Shown in pieces: positions 54,011 through 64,000 of a stretch of DNA of 64,000 bases. This stretch comes from Camelus ferus (Eukaryota). The DNA is taken from contig NC_045696.1 of NCBI RefSeq assembly GCF_009834535.1, forward strand, positions 75,456,001 to 75,520,000, read 5' to 3'. Each line of letters opens with the position of its first letter. Position 1 is the first letter of the stretch. The translations under genes were made by a program, and so were the position numbers. The notes under the pieces are model-generated. The model was not told where the DNA came from. It made no database searches and worked only from the letters and a program-made list of their open reading frames with translations.

Positions 54011-55081
54011 TATAGAATGGGAGAAGATATTTACTAATGATAAGGGGTTAATTTCTAAAATATACAAGTGACTCATACAGCTTACTATTTTTAAAAAATC
54101 AAAAAATGGGCAGAAGACCTAAATAGATATTTCTCCAAAGAAGACATATAGATGACCAATAAGCACATGAAAAGATGCTCAACATCACTAATTACTAGAG
54201 AAATGCAAATCAAAAGTACAATGAGGTATCACCTCACATTGATCAGAATGGTCATCATTAAAAAGTCTACAAATAATAAATTCTGGAGAGGGTGTGGAGA
54301 AAAGGAAACCCTCTTACACTGTTGGTGGGAATGTAAATTAGTGCAGCCACTATGGAAAACAATATGGAGATTCCTTAAAAATAAAGTTATCATGTGATCC
54401 AGAAAGTCCACTCCTGGGTATATACCTGAAGAAAACTCTGTATTGAAAAGATACATGCACCCCAGTGTTCATAGCAGCATTATTTACAACAACCAAGATA
54501 TGAAAGCAACCTAAATGTCCATCAACAGGTGAATGGATAAAGATGTGGCATATCTATCTATCTATCTATCTATCTATCTAGATATAGATAAATGGACTAT
54601 TACTCAGGCATAAAAAAGAATGAAATAATAGCATTTTCAGCAACATGGATGGACCTAGAGATTATCATATTAAATGAAGTAAATCAGACAGAGAAAGACA
54701 AATATCATATGATAATCACTTATACACAGGATTTAAAAAATGATACAAATAAACTTATTTACAATCCAGAAATAGACTCACAGACATCGAAAACAAACTT
54801 ATGGTTACCAAGGGAGAAAGCAGGGGAGGGATAAATTAGGAGTTTGAGATTAACATATACACACTACTATATATAAAGTAGATAAACCACAAGGACCTAC
54901 TGTATAGCAGAAGGAACTATATTCAATATCTTATAATGGAAAAGAATCTGAAAAGGAATATCTCTCTCTCTATCTATCTATCTATCCATCTATGTATATA
55001 TAAAGCTGAATTACTTTGCTGTACACCTGAAACTAAAACAGTGTTGTAAATCAACTATCCTTCAATTTAAAAATTTTTTTT
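54011..55081 (+). mobile_element. Sense 3' segment of the same L1 (ORF2 C-terminus and 3' UTR)
   Basis: ORF 54152-54397 [26 protein letters not shown]...[23 protein letters not shown] is the L1 ORF2 cysteine-rich end. 3' UTR aatggaaaagaatctgaaaa and internal (TATC)n tracts. Confidence 0.96.
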
Positions 55082-55612
55082 AAATGTCATAATGATTCCA
55101 GAATAAAGGCAACCATGTTGGGTTATGGGCTGAATCCTAGAAGTTTGATTGACGTGCCCTAATAGGATAGTCAGATCCTCAGGTTCCCACCCCTAATCTT
55201 AGAAGCCAGGTGAATACACGTCTCTAATTCAGCAGGAGATAGTGGGCTTATACTCTGGAGAAACTGACCAGCGATCCCCTTGACTTAGAGAGATCAGATG
55301 GTGGTGAGACCTTGGGCTGAAAACAGGGGAATTAGGTAAAAGTCTGAATACTGAAATGTGAAATCTCCAGCCTACTTCCCCTGATAGGTTTCTAGGATAT
55401 CTGTGAAAATCTTTGACCTTACCAGTTCTTTTAGGCAGAGATAGACTGTTTTCTGGAAAAACTGGACAGCTTCAGGGAAGAGGTCTGAAAGTACTGATAT
55501 TTTGGGATTCTCCAAGGAAAAATCAGCTTTTCATAGGATCTCACAGTGAAGTCTATCATTTGGCAAGTCCCACCTTTACACCCAGAGCTTCTAGTTATTG
55601 TTGTTTTAAAAT

Positions 55613-55734
55613 TTTTTTATTAAAGTATAGTTGATTTATAATGTGTTAGTTCTAGGTGTGTAACAAAGTGATTCAGTGTATACACACACATACACGTATA
55701 TACATATTCTTTTTCAGATTCTTTTCCATTATAG
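55613..55734 (-). mobile_element. Short young L1 3' terminal fragment
   Basis: ttattaaagtatagttgatttata...cagattcttttccattatagg. Imperfect TSD gttttaaaat at 55603-55612 and gtttttaaat at 55735-55744. Confidence 0.88.
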
Positions 55735-58700
55735 GTTTTTAAATGCCTTGCTTTTAAGTAAGAACAGACAGCCAATGGTGAGCATGCATTATTGAAAGTA
55801 TACAACGTGGAAGATAGAGAATAAGACAGAAGAAAACAAATAGAAGAACTAACTAAGAAAAACTAACTTGTGAAAGACGTATGGAAGACTAAGGGCAAAT
55901 AGCTCTACTTTACACAAAGCTCCTATAAATCAATGTGAAAAGATAAAGCTTTGTCTTTTGGAGCTCAGCCTAGTGGAGGAGCCAAGAGAATGATATGAAT
56001 TGGCAATTTACAGAACAAATGTAAAAATGACCTGACTGAAAGATAGTTCCATGTTCAGTAGTGATTAGGAAATACTATTTAAGACAAAAAAAAATGCTCG
56101 TTAAGACATATATTTAAAAATTTTTTTGAACTGGCAAAATTTTCTTAAAATGGATAGTGTCCAATGTTAAAATGGGTGCGAGGAATTGAGCTATTCCATA
56201 TAATATTAGTCAGAGTATAAATTGGTATAGTATTTGGGGGGACAGTTTAGTACTCTGAATAACATTTAGAAATAATGTTAAATTATGCATAGTCATAGTC
56301 TCAACTTCACTTCTAGAAACCATGTGTCAGAGATATTCACAAAAGTATACAAGCTATAAATACAAAGGTGCTCGTGGATGGCTTATGTGTAATAGAGAAA
56401 AACTGGACACAACCTAAATATGCACAGACAGAGAAAATCGAGGAAATCATGAAATTTAAGATGCTAAATTAATTCAATATAATATCACATAGCTGTTAAA
56501 AGAATCAAAAAGACATGTAAGATTTATAGACAAATGCCCACGATATAAATGAAAAACTGTATTAAAGAAATATGTGTATAGTATTACAACATTTTGTCAA
56601 AAGGAAAAACACCACTTAGTTTATATTTGAACACGCACGCACATTTCATACAAAGAAAACTTACTGGAGAATTAGCAGATCACTAATAGTGGGATGGGGC
56701 GATGGTTGTAAGAAGGACATATACTGTTGATTTTCTCAAGTATTTGAACCTACTTTTTACAAGCATGTACAAATTGTTTACTTTCAAAACACTCATGATT
56801 CTTTCAGATTTGATCCACATGCACAACTAACTATCAAAGAGTGTTGGGGTTTAGATTAGAACCATGCCTGGCTCAAAGCAGTTATTAATAGTTATTGTCT
56901 GAACAAATGATTATCACCAACTGTTTGTAAATAATTCAAACCTCAGCTTACAAAACTATCTTTCTTTAACCTTTCATTGCACAATTATCTTCCAAAAATG
57001 GTAGCTAAATCTGGTTCTTAGTGGCTTACAGGAGCACTTCTGAGTTTGGTCATTACACTTACCCGTGTTAGGAGTATCATTAAGACCAAGAGACTAAAAG
57101 GAAGGAGTAGTGAATGAGGCTTTACTGCCGAACCAGCCACAGGTTAAGGGAATCATGTTTCCGCACCTCCATGAAGGCTGTGCTAAGGTCTTCGAGGTTC
57201 GGATGCATGTGGTTGAGTGATGAATAGCAGGCCTTGGACAGCACTTGGTTGGTGTCTGAGCTTGGCATGGGGCAAGAATTAAACAGTGCCTTCAGCAGTT
57301 GTCTGACACTATTACTGGCAGCAAACAATTCCAGAAGGAGCCATGCGTGGCCAGTGATTTCCTTTTCAGCCCTGTCTGTCGTGCAGCACCTGGAGCAGCT
57401 GCACTAGGAGGCGGTAATTGATGGCTTCGATTTACCCAAGAAGAATAACGTGGGACATTACCTAGTTCAGGGACAAGCCCTTGTGAATATGAAACTGTGC
57501 CCTCTTAGTAACAGGGGACTGTTGTAGATCTTTAAACTGTCATTTCTGCCATGAACTAAGCCCCACCAAATATGGGCTTCTCTCTGTGTATTCCTGTCCC
57601 AGTCCTAGTCTGAGAACAACTTGAGAACTCGCCAGACCTCTGCCTCAGCTGCGCATTGCCCACTGCACCCACTTGCTTTCTATGGCTCCCTTATGGCCTG
57701 TGATTCCATTTGTGCTGTCATTTTGCAATTTTGATTAGTTGTCTTATTTTCAAGCAGTGCCGAGTTTGCACATCACATCTAGTCTCTCACATTAGAACAA
57801 TGTGCCAGAAGAGGGAAAGAAACTGTATGGATGCCATGTGGTAAGCAGAGTGTTTCCTTTCCGAAAGTCTTTCACTGAACCACCGCCACCACGTCACAGG
57901 AGGGTGATTTTTTTGCTGGTAGAGAGAATATGCCTGATGGCATAGGCAAAGGAACCTACTGCGAACTACAAATTTTTGAAGACCCTGTAATTTATATTTT
58001 AAAATTCTTCTGAATTTTGCATTTTTATCCATTATCTATGTATTTATTTTAATACATAGTAATAATTAAAATTACTTAATATAGACCAAAACAGATGCTC
58101 CGAGAAGAGGAAACTTTCTCTCTTGTGGCAGCTTCTTATTCTATGCCCGGGTAGTATGACCCTGGATGTGCACAATCCTGGAGATTTGGAGGAGCCATAA
58201 AACAACAGTCCTAAAAGTAAGGTACTATTAGATCAATTGTAGAAGCAAACTGACTGAACCTCAGGAATATTAAATAATTTGTGAAAGTTCACGAACTAAC
58301 ACATGGTGAATCTGGGACTCTAACACAAGCAGTCGTTTCCATCAGACCATGCTGCAGAGATTCTTTTCTATTAATGTTTCTCCTGTCTCTTTTCTCTTAC
58401 CTTAGCACTGGATAAAAAGTTCATCATACCAAGTACAAAATGCATTCTAAAAGTTATTAAATAAATTCTTTGATATGATTTTTTTTGGGGGGGTAGCAAC
58501 TTTGGAGTTGGGGTAAAGCAAAAATGTCATTGAAAGCCCTGAATAAAATTTTAGGAAGTGCCAGGCACTGACCCTCTGCTGAGGCTGCGTTCTTCTCAGA
58601 TGATGTTTCTGGCAGAGTGACTGAGTAGCAAATCACCAGATCTAAGTTCCAATTCCAGTGATGCCACCAAATAACTTCCCATGTATGGGGGAGTGATAAA

Positions 58701-59894
58701 GCTCTCCTATGCTCTCCTATCATTGTATTATTGAGGAGGTGGAGGCTGGGATCAATGTCTTTGAGGTCCCCACTGTCATTTTCCCCCAGTGGAAGAATCA
58801 CTTGAGAGTGGAGAGAATCCACACCCACCAGCCTTTTTATAATATTGCTTGGGCTGATTCAGGACACAGTGTATTTTTTTTTTCAAACAATGATTTCTCT
58901 ATAGTAATGCTCTGTTGTCTACTCCATGTTTTGTTTTACCCTAGTATCTAATGATCTACTAGAACTGTGTGAACTGGAGACCAAGGTTAGCTGATACTTG
59001 AGGAAGCTCCCCAAATCCTGGCAGACTCATGCTCATCCTTGGGCTCCAGCTCCTCTTTGACTGTCACCTGCTCTGGCCATTTGGTAAGCTTCAGCCCAGC
59101 TGCAGCAAGAGGCCCAGTGGAGTGTTGATTTGTCTTAGCTCAGATGCAACTCACAGTGTTATTTTCACAATCTAGCAGTTCCATGGAAAGAAAGGAATTC
59201 TTCCTCCATCAGCTACCAGCTACCTGCTGCTGTCCGAGAACCTCTGGTTCTTCAATGATGCAGGAGGCAGAAAAGTAGTCTCCCTACCTCACTTTTAGGC
59301 ATCCTTCGCCATAGGGAAGGTGATTACAAAGGATCAGCCATTTAGTTAACTTCCACGGCCCACAACTGTCAGTTTCACATTCTCCTTTCTTTTGGTTTGG
59401 TATTTGATTTAGTACTCTTTTGGAGGGCAAGAAAATGAGCCACTGCTGGGGTTTTCTGGAGAATGATATGGGACTGGTTTTTGATATTTATTTATTTCTC
59501 TTATAAGCAAGAGGTAAAAAACAATTGAGGTTCATCTGTTTTTGCAAATGCAGGAAACTTCAGTAGAGCATTTTTAAGCTATACAGTTCCTTGCATTTTA
59601 GATTTAGCTGACAGACTATTGAATGACAATAATTCGTTAGAAGGCATTGGAATGCCCACCTTCGGTTACTAAGTCATTCAGTGAAACTCTCCTAACCAAC
59701 ATTCACCTAAAAAGTTTGATATCATCCTCAACACCTCCCTTCTGTCTCATTAGCAATGTCAAATTATACCAGGTGGAGGTTATTTTATGTTTCTAAATAT
59801 CTCTAATATCAGTTTATTTACAAGTTCATTAAATACTTATTGAAAAATAATATGCAAGATATTTGAACTTTTTTAAAGGTAATATACCTTTTAA

Positions 59895-60592
59895 TATAAA
59901 AGCAAATAAGAATATCAAAAGATGTTCAACATCACTAGTATTTAGGGAAATGTAAACTAAAACTACAATGAAGTATCACTTGACACTTGTTAGAATGGCT
60001 TAAAACATGACAGTGTCAAGTGCTTGTGAGGATGTGGAACGCCTGGAACGTGCACATACGTTGCTGGTGGGAATGTAGAATGGCACAGGACTTTGGAAAA
60101 CAGTTTTCCAGTTTTTCGTTAAGTTAAGCATGCACTTACCATATGACTTAGCACCCTAACTCCTAGGTATTTATGCAGATGAAATGAAAAATTATGTTCA
60201 CACAGAAACATGAGTGATTTGTAATCCCCTAAACTGGAAAAAACCCTACTATCTTTCACCCAGGGCATCAGTAAACCTTGGTTCATTCATACCGTGGAAT
60301 ACTACTCAGCAATAAAAATAAATGAGCTACTGACACATACAACATGGATGAATCTCAAATGTGTCACACTAAGTGAAAGAAGCCAGACACAAAAGGCTAT
60401 GTACTTCATGTTGCTAGGGACTGGGGTTGAGAAACTGACTATAAAAGAGCAGCATGAGAAAATTTGGGGAGTGATGGAATCCTTCTATATCTACATTGTC
60501 ATAGTGATTACACTACAGTATACAATTGTCAAAATTTGCAAACAAGGTGAATTTACCAGTGTGCAAATTATTCTTTAGTTTTAAAAAGAGAA
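59895..60592 (+). mobile_element. L1MB/MC-like ORF2 end and 3' UTR
   Basis: aaagatgttcaacatcactagt...ggaatactactcagcaataaaaa...gaaagaagccagacacaaaaggc. Accounts for ORF 60294-60578 (MEYYSAIK). Confidence 0.9.
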
Positions 60593-60868
60593 AACAATTT
60601 ATTGAGCACTTTCTGTGTGGAGGGAATCGTTACCATTCCTGCAGTGAAAAAGCGAGACCAAGTCCTTGCTCTCCAAGATTTAATGCTGTGTTCACTCTGA
60701 TCTGTGTCCACTGTCAGCACTGAAGTCCATCCGGTTTTTTTTTGTCTCTTGCCTACTTTAACCCTCTAAATTGATCTCCCTGTTTCCCAACTCTTCTCTT
60801 CTCCAATCCATTTTCTATAATGTTGCCGAAGGAATTTTTTAGGATGTAAACTTGATTATGTTTTTCCA

Positions 60869-61345
60869 TGTGGTAGTGGAAAGTTCCATGATTTGTTGCC
60901 CTTTAGCCTCTTTAAAACATCTTTTCTATGTTTGGGATTTCCTACATTATGGGTCTTCTTTGCCCAGGTCAAAGATAGAAACTCACATTTTCAGCCTCCC
61001 TTGCATTTATGGGGCTGGCATATGACTTGGGCTCTACCAATCAGAAGAATGTGTGAGAAAGGAAGTGCTGTGTGGAATTTGGTTCTGTCTGGGGTGACAG
61101 AAATGGCTTTCTTGAAAAGACTGGTGGCAGTATTGTCAACTAGTGCCTAGGGTCATTGGTGTGACTGCTGGAATATGTGCTCAGTGGAGGTGAGAGGTTT
61201 CTGCTGGAGCCTCCAAACCTGGACTCTGTCCTATCCAGAGTGTCTCTGAATTACTTAATATCCTTTAATGAAGCCTTTTTTCCCCTTAAGCTAGAATGGT
61301 TATGGTTTTTCATGTGTTTAGTGTACCTCTGAATCTCAATTGATA
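60869..61345 (+). mobile_element. LTR33/LTR16-like ERVL solo LTR
   Basis: tgtggtag start and cagcctcccttgca...catatgacttgggctctaccaatcag. Confidence 0.6.
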
Positions 61346-64000
61346 TACTTGCCTATAAATCTTCAATAACTTTCTACCACCTTAGGAAAAAAAATCTATA
61401 CTTCTAACCATGGCATGAAAGGCCTTCACCATACAGCTCGAATGTACCTTATAGTCTGTTCTGTCCTCATTATGCTCTGTTTTAGTCACCCTGAGCTTGA
61501 AAACCCTGGAGAGGTTGCATCCTCACTTTATGCCTGTACAGATCATGCTCCCTCTGTTTGGTACAACTTTCCCTTATGTTGTCTCACCATTTTACAACCC
61601 TCTTCTCGTGTTGTCCCTGTTCACCCTTTACCCCATTCATCCTTCAAAATCCACCTCAAATATCACCATCTCAGATGCCTTCAGTGAAGCTGTCCTTGGC
61701 AGCCTTACCATAGTCTCAGTGCCCCAGAGATGTTTGCTTCCTCTTCTATTTTAGAACTTCTCATATTGTATTATAATGAATTCAGTAATACTTACTGAGC
61801 AAATACCATGTGCCAGGCATAAAGCCAAAATTGCGAGTAGGAGTGAATTAGGTAAAGAATGAAGTAGAGTGGTCCACACAGAGAGACCAGCACAGAAAGC
61901 TGGTAGGCAGGCACACGGAGAGTGAGTATCCAAGTAAGGGTACATGTATCTAGGGCACTGATAGCAGGTGAGTCCCCTTCACTCTCCCTTAAATCCTTTG
62001 AGGCAGGGGCCAAGTCTTACTCATCTTTGTTCCTCTAGTGCAGCTGAGCCAGGCACAAAGTAAACATTCATTGAAGATTTGCTAAATTAATAAGTGAATG
62101 ACCAGGTTATGTCTCTCCCCAGGCTTCTGTCTGATGCTTGAGGAGCACTGGAGGACTGGAGGAAATAGACTTAATTTTCTGTTCATCAAGTCAGGGCCAG
62201 GATATAGGAAATGACTTTAATTATCAAGCAAAGTTTCCTATATCCTCACACTAATAATCCAGTATTGCATTGCTGTAATAGTCATAGATTAACTTTAAAA
62301 GTGTTGTCTTGGATAATTAATTATTTAAGAGCCATCAGTTTACTCATCTTTAAAAGCTTATTAACAGCAAATATCCCGGATCTGCTTTTTATCTGATCCT
62401 ATCATCATAGCAACCTTATAAATCAGCTCTCTGATGTGTCCTAACATTATGGCTAGGGCAAAAGCAGCAAAATGATCTTCTGATCATGACACAGGAAATC
62501 AATGGCATAGTCAGGAGGTCATTCTTTCCCAAACGTCTCATTCACAGTCATGGATCATCTTTTAGTAAAAGAGGTATCAAATAAAGCAAGGGAAGTATGC
62601 TTAAATATACCCAAGTGTGGTAATGTAGACACCTCAAGTAGCCCTGTACCCTCAGGGTACAGAATAAGGGCTTCTTGGTGAGGCTATAACTGGAAGCACT
62701 GAACTTCAATATTGTCCCCAGGCCTTGTATTTAAAATGCATGCCATTGCTGCTTTGGACAGTTCTGAAAACCTGCTCCTACCATCAGATAGCGATGCCTT
62801 TCCTTTGATTTGGTACCAAAGTTTAAGCTGAATTTTAATCACCTCCTTAATGCTTAACTTCACAGAAAAACAGACTGGGTATTAGGGATATCTTTCTGAT
62901 GTTTTCAATGAACTAGAGGCACAGGCTTTGCTGTCATCTTCATCCAAGGACAAATTATAATTGGCTAGACTAGCAAATTGCTTTTTCTTATTGGAAACTG
63001 CCATTGCCACATTAGATTGAAAGTAAAATCCTTACTGTATGGATGTGATGTGGTTCTTCACCATGCAGCTGTAAGAGAAAAGTTGGTTTTCTAAACTAAT
63101 GTTTATAGAGATAATTCAGTTTGTGATACTGAGGGATATAAATTTGGGAAATTACTGGGAATGATTCAGCTTCCATTTTTTTCTTGAACTCTTGCAATTG
63201 CCGTTTTTTCTCCCTCCTTAAACATATGATGGTGCATCCATCTTGTTAGAAGCATCCTCAGAGGATATAAATGAGCAGTCTTCCTTAAGAGGAAGGTGAG
63301 AATTGAAAGGAGGAATATACCATCATCACAAACATTTCCCCCAGATGACAGACATGGGACTTCATATTGGTATCATTAATCATGTGCGGCCCTGTGACTG
63401 TCTGCCACACAGCTCTCAACTAGACACACTTCTATGTGTCTGTGAGGCTCATTTCTGGATGTTAACGATAGTTGGGTCTGGCTTTACTTTAGTGGAAACT
63501 CAGTGTAATGAATGGGGGTCTGTGGCTAGTCTGAACATAGGACACTCAGGATTATATCTTCATTAAAAAACAAGGTATTACACATTTCAGAAGCAGAATA
63601 AAAATGTTCTTCCAGTGCAATCAGACATTCTATGCCTAGCTGAAAGCAATTGGTTAACTTTAATACACCAGTGGGGGTGAAACTTTGAACATCTATTTTT
63701 TTTATAGTCTAGTTTTATAGTCGGATCCTTTCAGAACTCTTTACTCTCTTCTGTATCTGTACCACAGGTAAGCCTTATAAACAGGCATCATGGTACAGCA
63801 GACACAGCAGATTTTGGAAGCAGATTATCTGGGCAAATTAGGCTCTACTAAGGTAGTGACAAAATTGTGTGGCTAATGGGTATTTCCCATGGCACTCCAC
63901 TTTCACCAAAATCTAAGGACAATCTTGTCCTCAAAGGAATTATATTAAGTTCAATATTCAGATATCTTAACACAATGCCATTCTAAGATCTTGGGTTCCA

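Larger units (their letters stand above)
53250..56780 (+). mobile_element. Very old L1M/HAL1-like element hosting younger L1 insertions
   Basis: 5'-end-like pieces at 53250-53447 and 55100-55860. L1ME-like 3' sequence at 55900-56780 (aactggacacaacctaaatatgc). Confidence 0.55.
59700..62105 (+). mobile_element. Fragmented L2 interrupted by L1M and an LTR
   Basis: Colinear L2-like pieces at about 59700-59800, 60690-60868, 61345-61750 and a tail at 61980-62105 (gccaggcacaaagtaaacattcattgaag). Confidence 0.6.

Noticed and set aside
53361..54834. Cluster of ORFs with recognisable protein text
   Set aside because: All derive from a truncated, inverted L1 with stops. Not an active element or host gene.
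57122..57328. Protein-looking minus-strand ORF near a GGTAAG donor
   Set aside because: The stop codon precedes the donor, there is no good acceptor, and no homology was recognised.
1..64000. CRISPR array, tRNA/rRNA genes, processed pseudogene, intact provirus or prokaryotic-style system
   Set aside because: No repeat-spacer periodicity, cloverleaf, long mRNA-derived copy or paired LTRs with internal gag/pol were seen.

Overview
This is AT-rich, CpG-depleted eutherian mammalian genomic DNA, not microbial sequence. There are no operons, CRISPR arrays or RNA genes, and almost all listed ORFs are chance frames or LINE/LTR debris. The young L1 3' ends are of cetartiodactyl type, and I saw no Alu, B1/B2, SINEC, Bov-A/tA, CHR or PRE-1 SINEs, which suggests a camelid (inference). 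A large fraction is interspersed repeat: L1 of several ages, L2, L3/CR1, MIR, MLT1, MER21, LTR16/33-like elements and MER58, several nested and some with readable target-site duplications. One L1 is 5'-inverted (twin priming). Between the repeats are repeat-free blocks dense in homeodomain/TALE motifs that look like developmental enhancers. The best gene evidence is invisible to the ORF track: two small + strand exons (24265-24340 and 24640-24675) splice in frame to ...VVTWFNEKMQYRNTVEEYNVLPTLKEYHETFQHSWH* and are followed by ATTAAA, probably the 3' end of a large gene I cannot name. I found no convincing previously undescribed biological system. Repeat family names come from remembered consensus sequences, and boundaries are approximate unless a TSD is given.
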